Positions 45,396 through 53,921 of a stretch of 64,000 bases of DNA are shown here, piece after piece. How positions within the stretch are numbered: the first letter of the stretch is position 1; each line of letters opens with the position of its first letter. A program made the translations under genes and the position numbers. Below the pieces are notes generated by a model. It was given only the letters and a program-made list of their open reading frames with translations. It was not told where the DNA came from and did not search any database. Origin of the DNA: an uncultured Solirubrobacterales bacterium (GTDB lineage: Bacteria > Actinomycetota > Thermoleophilia > Solirubrobacterales > Solirubrobacteraceae); NCBI GenBank assembly GCA_963723075.1, contig CAVRPD010000001.1, positions 53,726 to 117,725 of the forward strand, read 5' to 3'.

Positions 45396-48091
45396 ACCCG
45401 GCTCGAATTCTCGCGGCCCTGGTCGCAGGGGCGATTCGCCGGCCGCGGCTGACGGTCGCGCTTGCGATCGTGCTGGGGCTCGGGGGGGCGGCGTTCGCGT
45501 CGCGGTTGCACCCGAGCGCGGCGACGAGCACGTTCGTGTCGAGCTCGAGCTCGCAGTACAAGGAAACCCAGCGCTACTACAAGAACTTCGGCGAAGAGCC
45601 GATCGTGGTGCTGGTGAAAGGGAGCCTGCAGCAGCTCGTGCTCAGCTCGGACATCGACCGGCTGGTCGGGTTGGAGGGCTGCCTGTCGGGCAATGTCCCC
45701 GCCGCCGCGCTGCCTCACGAGGGTGGGCGGAGCGGACCCTGCGGGCAGCTCGCTCGAGCGCGGACGGTGAAGGTCGTGTTCGGGCCGGGCACGTTCATCA
45801 ACGAGGCCGCGACCCAAATCGACGAACAGCTCGCCGCGCAGTCCAGGCAGGCGGAAGCCCAGGCCAAGCAGGCGCAGCGGGTCGTGACCCAGGCCGCGCT
45901 TCAGCGCGGGCTGACGGCGGCCGAAGCGCAGGCGCTCGGCAAGCAGGCGAGCAAGATCACGACGGCGCGCTTTCAGGAGAACCTCGCGACGCTTGCGCTG
46001 CAGTACGGCCTCACCTCCCAGCCGAGCCTGAACGATCCCAACTTCGTCTCGACGCTCGTGTTCGACTCGAGCAAGCCGGCCGGCACGCCGAAGCAGCGCT
46101 TCGCGTACCTGTTCCCCAGCAGCGACTCGGCGGTCGTCTCCGTGCGGATGAAGGCGGGTCTGTCCGAACGCGCGCGGACGCGCACGATCGCGCTGATCCG
46201 CGAAGCGGTGCGGATGAAGCAGTGGCGGCTGCAGCATGGCGAGGCGTACCTGGTGACGGGCGAGCCGGTGATCGTCGCCGACCTCAACAACGCGATCGGG
46301 CACGCGATCGAGCTGCTGCTGGTGGCGGTGCTGCTGGTGATGGCGGGCGCGCTCGGCCTGGTCTTCTCCGGGCGCCCGCGGCTGCTGCCGCTTGCGGTGG
46401 CGCTGCTCGCCGCGGCCCTCACGTTCGGCGCGCTGTCGATCGTCGGCGCGTCGCTGACGATGGCGTCGATTGCCGTCTTGCCCGTGCTCGTGGGGCTTGC
46501 GGTGGACTACGCGATCCAGTTCCAGTCGCGCGTGCACGAGGCCGGTGAGGAAGGCGGCGGGGACGACATGCGGACGGTCGTTCGGCGTGCGGCGGTCCTC
46601 GGCGGCCCGGCGATCGCCACGGCCGGCGCCGCCAGCGCGGGCGCGATGGTCGTGCTGGCATTGTCGCCGGTGCCGATGGTCCGCGGCTTTGGGCTGCTGC
46701 TGGTGGTGGGGGTGGCGATCGCGTTCCTGTGCGTGCTGACAGCGGGCGCGGCGATGCTCGTGCTGGCAGGCGATGGGCGAGGGCATGACCGCCGCCGGTC
46801 CCTGGCGTACGCGTCGGAGGGATGGCTGGGATCCGCGTGGCGCGGAGCGCGCGAGCTCTTGCTCGACAATTTCGCGACCCGCTTCGTCTCACGGGCTGCG
46901 CTGGTCGGAGCCGTGCGCCGCCCAGGGAGGATGCTCGGCGTCGGTCTCGCGCTGGCGGTGCTCGGCTGGGGCCTCGATACGCAGACTCAGGTGCAGACCG
47001 ACATCACCAGGTTGGTCCCTCAGAGCTCGAGCTCGTTGCGGAGCCTGAACACGCTCGAGCGGATTACCGGCGTGGGGGGCGAAATCGACCTGATGGTGTC
47101 CGCCAAGGATCTGGCCAAGCCGGCGACGGTCGAATGGATGAGCTCATACGAGAGCGCGATGCTGAAACGTTTCGGCTACAGCGACGCGGGCGGTTGCCGT
47201 AAGGCACGGCTGTGCCCGGCGTTCTCTCTGCCGGATCTGTTCCACGTCCAGGCCGGCGCCACGTCCAAGGCGCCGAAGCTCAAGCAGGCGGAAATAAGCG
47301 GTCTGCTCAGTGCGATCCCGCCGTACTTCTCCCAGGATGTGATCGCTCCCGGCAGGCGCGTGGCCGCGCTTGCGTTCGGCATCCGTCTGATGGGGCTCGG
47401 CCGCCAGCAGCAGCTGATCGAGGAGATGCGCTCGAGCCTGCACCCGCCGGCAGGGGTGAGAGCTCGGCTCGTGGGTCTGGGAGTGCTGGCGGCCCAGTCG
47501 GGCGCGGAGGTGGCCTCTCCCTGGCGCCGGATCGAGTCGCTGATCGCCGGCCTGGCCGCGGTGGCGCTGGTGCTGCTGATCGCCTTCCGCGGAGACCGCC
47601 GCCGGGCGCTCGTGCCGCTTGTGCCGATCGTGCTGGCAACGGGATGGTCGTCGCTGATCCTGTTCGCGGTGCGTGTGCCGCTGAACCCGATGTCGATCAC
47701 GCTGGGATCACTGGTGATCGCGATCTCGACCGAGTTCAGCGTGCTGCTGTCCGAGCGCCACCGTCAGGAGCGGTTGGCCGGCTACGGCACGGTCGAGGCG
47801 CTGCGCCGCAGCTACCGCCGCACGGGGGCCGCGGTGGCGGCCTCGGGGGTGACGGCGATAGCGGGCTTCGGGGTGCTGGCGCTGTCGGATATCGCGATGC
47901 TGCGCGACTTCGGGCTGGTCACGCTGATCGACCTGAGTGCGTCCTTGGTGGGGGTCCTCGTGGCGCTGCCGGCGGCTTTGACGATCGCCGAAGGCGACGA
48001 GGAGCCGGCAAGGATACGGCGAGCGCTCGTGCACGCGCTCGCCGGCGTACGGTCCCGCGGCCGGGGTCGCACACGCCATGAGCCCGTCTAG
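45392..48091 (+). CDS. MMPL/RND-superfamily transporter (HpnN-like architecture)
   Basis: 899 aa with two 6-TM bundles, each preceded by a large soluble loop. The GTG overlaps the stop of the ATPase gene (GTGA). Confidence 0.85.
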   Translation: MNPARILAALVAGAIRRPRLTVALAIVLGLGGAAFASRLHPSAATSTFVSSSSSQYKETQRYYKNFGEEPIVVLVKGSLQQLVLSSDIDRLVGLEGCLSGNVPAAALPHEGGRSGPCGQLARARTVKVVFGPGTFINEAATQIDEQLAAQSRQAEAQAKQAQRVVTQAALQRGLTAAEAQALGKQASKITTARFQENLATLALQYGLTSQPSLNDPNFVSTLVFDSSKPAGTPKQRFAYLFPSSDSAVVSVRMKAGLSERARTRTIALIREAVRMKQWRLQHGEAYLVTGEPVIVADLNNAIGHAIELLLVAVLLVMAGALGLVFSGRPRLLPLAVALLAAALTFGALSIVGASLTMASIAVLPVLVGLAVDYAIQFQSRVHEAGEEGGGDDMRTVVRRAAVLGGPAIATAGAASAGAMVVLALSPVPMVRGFGLLLVVGVAIAFLCVLTAGAAMLVLAGDGRGHDRRRSLAYASEGWLGSAWRGARELLLDNFATRFVSRAALVGAVRRPGRMLGVGLALAVLGWGLDTQTQVQTDITRLVPQSSSSLRSLNTLERITGVGGEIDLMVSAKDLAKPATVEWMSSYESAMLKRFGYSDAGGCRKARLCPAFSLPDLFHVQAGATSKAPKLKQAEISGLLSAIPPYFSQDVIAPGRRVAALAFGIRLMGLGRQQQLIEEMRSSLHPPAGVRARLVGLGVLAAQSGAEVASPWRRIESLIAGLAAVALVLLIAFRGDRRRALVPLVPIVLATGWSSLILFAVRVPLNPMSITLGSLVIAISTEFSVLLSERHRQERLAGYGTVEALRRSYRRTGAAVAASGVTAIAGFGVLALSDIAMLRDFGLVTLIDLSASLVGVLVALPAALTIAEGDEEPARIRRALVHALAGVRSRGRGRTRHEPV

Positions 48092-48752
48092 CAGGGAGCG
48101 GCCGATGGGGGCCCAGCGCTATGGCCCATACCTGGCGGTGCTGGGACTCGTGATCCTCGTGCTGGTCGCGATCAACACGGCGCTGACCAAGCCCACCGGC
48201 GTGGCCGGCGTGCAGCCGGGCAGCGGGCTGCCGCCGTTCGCGGTGCCGCTTGCGACGGGGATCATGAAGGGGGACGCGAACATCGCCACACGGGCCGACG
48301 AGGGGGAAGCGGGCACGCACCCGGCCTGCTCGGTGAGGGGGGCCGGGATACTCAACGTGTGTCAGCTCTACGAACAGGGCCCGGTGGTGCTCGCGCTGTT
48401 CGTCGACCTCGGCTCCTGCCCGGCGGTCTTGACCGATATGGAGGCGCTCGCGCCCTCCTTCCCCGGCGTGCGGTTCGCGGCGGTTGCGATCAAAGGTGAC
48501 CGTGGCCCTCTGCGCAAGCTGATTCGCACTCGCGGTCTCGTGCATGTCGCGGTCGGGATCGACGAGGACGGAGCGCTGGCAACGCTCTACAAGGTTGCGA
48601 GCTGTCCACAGGTGACGTTTGCCTATCCGGGAGGCGTCGTGCAGAGCAGAGCGCTGCTGGCCACGCCGTCGTCCGCCACGCTGCGGGCGCGCGTGCAGGC
48701 GCTGGTGGCCGACGCGCGTGCAAGAGGCTGGAAGGAGCCAAGCCGGGGATGA
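48078..48752 (+). CDS. Membrane-anchored thioredoxin-fold (TlpA/redoxin-like) protein lacking CXXC
   Basis: N-terminal TM 'YLAVLGLVILVLVAINTAL'. 'VVLALFVDLGSCPAVL' sits where WCxxC normally lies and has a single Cys. It overlaps the MMPL stop by 14 nt. Confidence 0.6.
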   Translation: MSPSSRERPMGAQRYGPYLAVLGLVILVLVAINTALTKPTGVAGVQPGSGLPPFAVPLATGIMKGDANIATRADEGEAGTHPACSVRGAGILNVCQLYEQGPVVLALFVDLGSCPAVLTDMEALAPSFPGVRFAAVAIKGDRGPLRKLIRTRGLVHVAVGIDEDGALATLYKVASCPQVTFAYPGGVVQSRALLATPSSATLRARVQALVADARARGWKEPSRG

Positions 48753-49414
48753 GCAGCGATGCTCAGCCGGCCCCGGGGTGGCGTGCTCGCGAGATCGAGG
48801 AGGAGTTGCCAGAGCTTGAGATCCTCGTGATCGAGGCTCGGTTTACGGGGGATGGAGCGCTGACCGGCGACTCTCCGCGGGAGGTCCAAGATCGCCTGCG
48901 CGATCTGTCCAACCGCTTCCGCGGCGCCCAGGCCGTCGCCATGCGCCGCGAGCCGGTCCCGGCCGCCTACCGTGTCTTCTTCCGTCACATCGGGCTCGAT
49001 CCCGATGTCGTGCGCACGCCGATCGAGGCTGCGGTGCTCGAGCGGATGGTGCATGGAGGCTTTCGCACGGGTGGCCTGCTGGAGGACGTGTTGAGGATCG
49101 CCCTGCTCGACACCGGCGTGCCGGTGTGGGCGCTCGACGCGAGCACCGTGGAGGGCCCGCTCGGAATCCGTCCCAGCAGCGAGGGCGAGCCGCTCGGACG
49201 CGGCGCGGGGGCGCCGTTGCTGCCGGCCGGTCGCCTGGTCGTCGCCGACGCCTCGGCGGCTCTCGCCGTCCTGTTCGGCGGGCTCGCCCCCAAGCACGAG
49301 CCCGTGGCCGGCACCCGCCGGTTGGAGCTGTTCGCCGTGCGTGTGGCCGGGGTCCCGGCGCTGTACGCCGAGGAGGCGCTGTGGAGTTGTCAGGCAGCGC
49401 TCGAGCGGATGTGA
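48749..49414 (+). CDS. B3/B4 (PheRS-beta-like tRNA-binding) domain protein
   Basis: 'PAAYRVFFRHIGLDPD' and 'ALLDTGVPVWALD'. ATGA overlap with the upstream gene. Confidence 0.6.
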   Translation: MSSDAQPAPGWRAREIEEELPELEILVIEARFTGDGALTGDSPREVQDRLRDLSNRFRGAQAVAMRREPVPAAYRVFFRHIGLDPDVVRTPIEAAVLERMVHGGFRTGGLLEDVLRIALLDTGVPVWALDASTVEGPLGIRPSSEGEPLGRGAGAPLLPAGRLVVADASAALAVLFGGLAPKHEPVAGTRRLELFAVRVAGVPALYAEEALWSCQAALERM

Positions 49415-49508
49415 GTGGTGCTCGGGCGGCTGCCACGGCGTGCTCGAGCGATTTTCGGAGGAACGTTTCGGAACATCTTTGGAGGGCCATGAGCGACGGC
49501 ATCGGCGC

Positions 49509-49517
49509 TGGTAGAAT
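49509..49517 (+). promoter_or_regulatory. Extended -10 promoter element (TGgTAGAAT)
   Basis: tggtagaat lies 32 nt upstream of the GTG at 49550, which is preceded by GGGAGGAG. No good -35 element was seen. Confidence 0.4.
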
Positions 49518-49549
49518 CTCTGGCTCTGACGTTATGGGAGGAGTCGGGT

Positions 49550-50350
49550 GTGATAGCCCAGTCCGAGCAGCCAGTAGTCATCGCAGGCGAAGCATCGAAC
49601 GCGGAGCAGCAGGCTCGTCGTGCTCTGCGCGGACAGATCGCGAGAATGGAGCGAGAGCTGTCGGGGATCGTCGCCGGCGCCTTCCCGCACATCTCGCCGA
49701 TCTCAGACCCCGCCGGAGAGGTTTTCACGGCGGGTGAGGCTCGCTGCGCGGATCACATGCGCTCCGGTCCGTGCCTGCTCACGCTGGCGGAGCTCGAGCG
49801 GATGCGCGACAGTCTCGCCGGCCGGGTACAGGACCTACGCAGGCTGGCGGTCGAGCGGGACGAGCACGAGCGGCGCTCGCATGAGCTGTTGAAGCGCATG
49901 AAGCTCGAACCCGGGCGCTACAAGTTCGCGCGCCTGCCCGTGAAAGACCTCGGCGAAGGGGGCTGTGGGGTTTGGGAGGTGCGCCCGCGGCTCGGTCTGA
50001 TCGGCATGCTCGCGGGCTGGTGGCACGTCAAGCTCTCCTCGGGCTGCCCGTTACCCAGGGGCCACGCTGCGGCGTGGCCCTCTCCATGGCACTCTCCCAT
50101 GGTCCCACTCCGGCGTGGCCCTCTCCATGGCCGTGGTCCTCTCACTCTTCTGCGAAACCTAACATCACCGCAAGCGTGTGACGCTGACGATCGGTCATCG
50201 ATCCGATCGTCTTCTTCTCCGGCATCGGTATCTGCGCCAGGACCTTGCGGCAGCGGGCCTGCCCCCAGCGACGCTGACTCATCAGCAGGTCGACGATCGC
50301 CATGCTGCGCGCTTCCCACGGACACTCGAGGATCACCGTGGCGACATTGA
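49550..50350 (+). CDS. Hypothetical protein; 3' end doubtful (tail overlaps the convergent gene)
   Basis: The first ~170 aa look protein-like (coiled 'RALRGQIARMERELS', 'GCGVWEVRPRLGLIGMLAGWWHVKLSSGCP'). After ~50060 the frame runs through repeats and antisense to the mIHF-like gene until the stop at 50350. Confidence 0.5.
   Translation: MIAQSEQPVVIAGEASNAEQQARRALRGQIARMERELSGIVAGAFPHISPISDPAGEVFTAGEARCADHMRSGPCLLTLAELERMRDSLAGRVQDLRRLAVERDEHERRSHELLKRMKLEPGRYKFARLPVKDLGEGGCGVWEVRPRLGLIGMLAGWWHVKLSSGCPLPRGHAAAWPSPWHSPMVPLRRGPLHGRGPLTLLRNLTSPQACDADDRSSIRSSSSPASVSAPGPCGSGPAPSDADSSAGRRSPCCALPTDTRGSPWRH
50070..50131. repeat. 21-bp perfect direct repeat plus a 9-bp-stem hairpin
   Basis: cggcgtggccctctccatggc occurs at 50070-50090 and 50111-50131. 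The hairpin gggccacgc-tgcg-gcgtggccc is at 50059-50080. Confidence 0.8.
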
Positions 50351-50468
50351 TCTCGCCCGTCGCCACCCGGCGCTTGAGCTCGGCTCGGGCGAGACGGACC
50401 TCGTTGGCTCGTTCCAGGGCACGCATGTACTGCGGACCGGCAGGGGCGATCGTCGCTGTCGCGTTCAT
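50142..50468 (-). CDS. mihF: Actinobacterial integration host factor (mIHF)-like small DNA-binding protein
   Basis: 108 aa. 'RALERANEVRLARAELKRRVATGE...VDLLMSQRRWGQARCRKVLAQI...GSMTDRQRHTLAVML' has the same layout as mIHF proteins. Recognised from memory, not searched. Confidence 0.6.
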   Translation of the reverse strand: MNATATIAPAGPQYMRALERANEVRLARAELKRRVATGEINVATVILECPWEARSMAIVDLLMSQRRWGQARCRKVLAQIPMPEKKTIGSMTDRQRHTLAVMLGFAEE

Positions 50469-50789
50469 GTGGGCACTCTCCCCGTTGCCGTCGCGAGCTC
50501 TCTCGCTACCGGCAACATGCTTGCTCGATTTTTGACGGGTGGGCGTTCGTCACGACCGTCCGAGCCCCATTCGCGACGGGTTGCGGCCTGTCTCGAAACT
50601 TAATCGCCCCGATCCCGGCGGTGGGTGGGGCGAGCTCGAACGGTCATGCAAAGCGCCTCCCCAAGCTATGTCAGCGTGGGGCTCGCGGTCAACACCGCGC
50701 TCGAAGTTCGTGCGCTAGAAGCGGCCTTTTTTATTGTCGTGAGGACTTGTGAAGAAATGGACAAGGCTCCGGCGGCGGGGTGCTCGGCC

Positions 50790-52184
50790 TCAGCCCACCG
50801 AGCTGTGGGAGGGCCCCGGCAACGGCCCGTGCTCGGCCTCGAACTCGAGTTTGACGCGTGCGAACACTTCCAGCGCCCGGTCGAGCGTGGGAGTGTCGTG
50901 CGTGGCCATCACGCTGGTGCGCAACAGCGCGCCGCCGGGCGGGACCGCCGGGTGCAGGGCACAGTTCGTGAACACGCCGCCGTCATACAGCGCGCGCCAG
51001 AGCAGCGCGGCCTTCCAGTCGTCGCCGACGAGCAAGGGGACGATTGGCGTGACGATCGTCCCCGTGGGAGCGTCCTCGCCCGGACCGAGTCGCACGGGCT
51101 CGCCGCTCAACACCTGAAAGCCGAGCGCGCGCAGCCCGTCGGCCAGGTAGCGCGCCTGCTCGAGTACCGCCGCAAGCAGCGCGGGCCCCTCCGGGGAGCG
51201 GATGATGCGCAGGGCGGCCAGGGCCGCCCCCAGGGCCGCTGGGACGGCGGAGGCGGTGAACAGGAACGCGCGCGAGGAGATCCGCAGGTAGTCGATCACA
51301 TCGGCCGGCCCGGCGAGGAAACCGCCACAGGAGGCGAAGGACTTCGAGAAGGTGCCCATGCGCAGGTCGACGCGGGCCTCGACCCCCAGCAGCTCGGCTG
51401 CTCCCGCGCCACGCGCGCCGAGCACACCTGCGCCGTGGGCTTCGTCCACCATCAGACGGGCGCCGTAGCGGGCGCACAGCTCGGTGATGTCCACGAGCGG
51501 CGCGACATCGCCCTCCATCGAGAAGACGCCGTCGACGACCACCATGACGCCGCCCCCGTCCTGCTGTGCTCGCGACAGGGCTCGCTCCAGCTTGTCGAGG
51601 CGGCCGTGGCGAAAGGGCCGCATCTTGGCCTTCGACAGCAGCACGCCGTCGAGGATCGAGGCGTGGTCGGCAGAGTCGACGATCACCGTGTCGGCGGGAC
51701 CGAGCAGCGTGCCGAGCGTGCCCACGTTCGCCTGATGGCCGGTGGTGAAGACGATCGCGTCGTCGGTGTCCATCCATTCGGCGAGCTCGCGCTCGAGCTC
51801 GAGGTGCAGGGGGGTGGTGCCGTTGAGCAGGCGCGAGCCGGTGAGGCCGGTGCCATAGCGGTGCAGCGCGTCCTCGGCGCCCTTCATCACGCGCTCGTCG
51901 GCGGTCAGCCCGAGGTAGTTGTTCGACGCGAGCATGATCCGCGGCGCGCCCTCCATCTCGACGACCGGCATCGCGGGCGACTCGACCGTGCGGAAGTAGG
52001 GCAGCAGCCCCTCCTCGCGCGCCGCCCGCAGCAGCTGCTCGCGCTCATGGCCGCGGACCTTGGCGAAGACGTCGGGCGGCTGTGCGCCGGGCAGGGCTTC
52101 GACGGGCCTTGCGTAGTCGTCCGTCGGAGGCTCGCCGGGCAAGTCCTCGGCCGGTCTCGCGGAGTCGTCTGTCGAAGTGGGCAT
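50790..52184 (-). CDS. Alpha-oxoamine synthase, serine palmitoyltransferase-like (PLP-dependent)
   Basis: 'LASNNYLGL', 'GSRLLNGT', 'DSADHASILDG', 'FRHGRLDKLERAL', 'VDEAHGAG', PLP-Lys 'GTFSKS' and 'LLRTSVMATHT'. By recollection this block order closely parallels bacterial SPT rather than BioF or Kbl. Confidence 0.8.
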   Translation of the reverse strand: MPTSTDDSARPAEDLPGEPPTDDYARPVEALPGAQPPDVFAKVRGHEREQLLRAAREEGLLPYFRTVESPAMPVVEMEGAPRIMLASNNYLGLTADERVMKGAEDALHRYGTGLTGSRLLNGTTPLHLELERELAEWMDTDDAIVFTTGHQANVGTLGTLLGPADTVIVDSADHASILDGVLLSKAKMRPFRHGRLDKLERALSRAQQDGGGVMVVVDGVFSMEGDVAPLVDITELCARYGARLMVDEAHGAGVLGARGAGAAELLGVEARVDLRMGTFSKSFASCGGFLAGPADVIDYLRISSRAFLFTASAVPAALGAALAALRIIRSPEGPALLAAVLEQARYLADGLRALGFQVLSGEPVRLGPGEDAPTGTIVTPIVPLLVGDDWKAALLWRALYDGGVFTNCALHPAVPPGGALLRTSVMATHDTPTLDRALEVFARVKLEFEAEHGPLPGPSHSSVG

Positions 52185-52198
52185 ATAAGGTTGGATCA

Positions 52199-53356
52199 GT
52201 GAGCGTGTCTGAGCGAACGGGCGTCCAGGTCACACCGGTATCCGGCAGGGCGGACCTGAAAGCCTTCATCCACCTGCCGTTCCGGCTGCATGCTAACCAT
52301 CCGCTGTGGGTTCCCCTGCCGAAGCTCGAGCGCTGGGTGTTCTTGAACCGCCGGCTGAACGCTTTCTTCAGCCATGGCGAAGCCGAGTACTTCCTCGCTC
52401 GGCGCGACGGGCGGGTCGTGGGGCGGATCACAGCCCAGGTCAACCATGCGTTCAACGACTACCAGAAGAAGCGCTGGGGCTGGTACGGGTTCCTGGAGCT
52501 CGAGGACGACCAGGAGGTCCTCGACGCGTTGCTCGCGGCCGCCGAGGCGTGGTTGCGCGCGCGGGGCATGGAGCGCATGGTGGGCCCGGCCGACTTTTCG
52601 ATGAACGAAGAGAGTGGCATCCTGATCGAGGGCTTCGAGCTGCGGCCGATGATCAAGCAGCCCTGGCACCCGCCCTACTATCAGCAGCGCATGGAGCAGG
52701 CGGGGATGAGCAAGGCGATGGACCTGCTGATGTGGAAACTCGAGGTGTCCGACCGCAAGAAGGTGCTGCCCGTGATTTGGGAGCTCGCGGAGAAGGTGCA
52801 GTCCGAGCACGGGATCAGGGTGCGCCCGATGCGCCGCTCCCAGCTGCGCAAAGACATGGACGCCTTCGCCGAGGTCTACAACGCCGCGTGGTCTCAGAAC
52901 TGGGACTTCGTGCCGTACTCGAAGAAGGACCTCGACGCCTACGCCCAGGAGATCCAGCTGGTGTTCGACAAGCACTGGTGCTTCATCGCCGAGCGCGAAG
53001 ACACCGGCGAGGTGGTCGGCATGGCGATGACCTTCCCCGACATCAATCAGGTGCTCGAAAAAATGAACGGCCGCTTCTTCCCGCTCGGCTGGTGGCATTT
53101 TCTGCGCAAGGGCAAGGTCACCGACCGCGTGCGCGTCGGCTTTCTGGGCGTCAAGCCCGAGTACCAGCACACGGGCGTGGCGGCGAGGCTCTACCAACTG
53201 CATTTCGACGCGGCCGAGCATCGCCCGCAGAAGGGCGGGGAGATGGGCTGGATCCTCGAGACCAACACCCCGATGAACCGCGGCATGGAAGCGATGGGGG
53301 CAGAGGTGGTCAAGCGCTACCGGGTTTACGAGCGGCTGCTCGAGGCAGGGGCCTAG
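52199..53356 (+). CDS. ~385-aa GNAT-like N-acyltransferase family protein
   Basis: GTG at 52199. 'LKAFIHLPFRLHANHPLWVPLP', 'WGWYGFLE', 'GPADFSMNEESGILIEGF', 'LGVKPEYQHTGVAARLY' and 'GWILETNTPMNRGME'. Confidence 0.7.
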   Translation: MSVSERTGVQVTPVSGRADLKAFIHLPFRLHANHPLWVPLPKLERWVFLNRRLNAFFSHGEAEYFLARRDGRVVGRITAQVNHAFNDYQKKRWGWYGFLELEDDQEVLDALLAAAEAWLRARGMERMVGPADFSMNEESGILIEGFELRPMIKQPWHPPYYQQRMEQAGMSKAMDLLMWKLEVSDRKKVLPVIWELAEKVQSEHGIRVRPMRRSQLRKDMDAFAEVYNAAWSQNWDFVPYSKKDLDAYAQEIQLVFDKHWCFIAEREDTGEVVGMAMTFPDINQVLEKMNGRFFPLGWWHFLRKGKVTDRVRVGFLGVKPEYQHTGVAARLYQLHFDAAEHRPQKGGEMGWILETNTPMNRGMEAMGAEVVKRYRVYERLLEAGA

Positions 53357-53473
53357 CACCCGGCCCGATGGCGCCGCTTCGATCAGGGCCAAGCAGCCAG
53401 CCTATCCTCGCCGCTCCGATCAGCCGCTCGCCGGCGGCCCAACGCCGCCGCCCCTATCTCTAGACTCGTCAGG

Positions 53474-53818
53474 GTGAGCGAGCCCGCAGAGCCAGAGGCG
53501 GTTACCGGGGACACCGAGGAAGTCGACGCGCTCGTGGTGCTCCCCGAGGCTCAGGTGCTCGTGGCGCAGACGCCCTCACGGGCGATGGTCCCTGTCGCCC
53601 AGGCCGCGGCGGTGGCGGCCGGAGGGTTCGTAGCGGGCGCCGCCGTGGTCGGTCTCGTGGGCCGTCACCGGGCCAGGAGATCGCGCGGGCTGGCCGCACG
53701 TCGGCGAGGCGGGGGGAAGGAGCGCATGCGTGGTGCGGAGCTGCTGCAGATCGTAGGCAGCCGCTCGCTGCTGGTAGACGTGCACCTGCTCGGTGGACGC
53801 GGCGGTGTTGGACAGTAG
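53474..53818 (+). CDS. Small hypothetical protein with one TM helix
   Basis: GTG start. It has an acidic N-terminus, a TM helix 'AAAVAAGGFVAGAAVVGLVG' and a basic stretch. Its stop lies inside a tandem duplication. Confidence 0.4.
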   Translation: MSEPAEPEAVTGDTEEVDALVVLPEAQVLVAQTPSRAMVPVAQAAAVAAGGFVAGAAVVGLVGRHRARRSRGLAARRRGGGKERMRGAELLQIVGSRSLLVDVHLLGGRGGVGQ

Positions 53819-53863
53819 GACGCACACGTGCTCGGTGGACGCGGCGGCTCCGGACAGCAGGAC
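53777..53863. repeat. ~42-bp tandem duplication (2 copies, a few mismatches)
   Basis: The core tgctcggtggacgcggcgg occurs at 53787-53805 and 53829-53847. The flanks are cac(c/g)...ggacag(t/c)aggac. Confidence 0.8.
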
Positions 53864-53921
53864 TGCTGCTACTCGGGACGGCAAGGACAGGTCTGCGGGT
53901 CTGCGGGAGGTGCGCCGTGAG

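Noticed and set aside
45218-46786. 522-aa minus-strand ORF antisense to the ATPase and MMPL genes
   Set aside because: It has His/Arg/Gln/Asp low complexity and is a shadow ORF.
50142-50468. mIHF-like gene as a marker of an integrative mobile element
   Set aside because: Actinobacterial mIHF is a chromosomal nucleoid protein. No recombinase, tRNA target or direct-repeat boundaries were seen.
50625-52202. 525-aa plus-strand ORF antisense to the SPT-like gene, and 52196..53392 on the minus strand antisense to the GNAT-like gene
   Set aside because: Both are Arg/Gly/His/Val/Asp-rich without motifs. The opposite strands carry strong PLP-enzyme and acyltransferase-like sequences.
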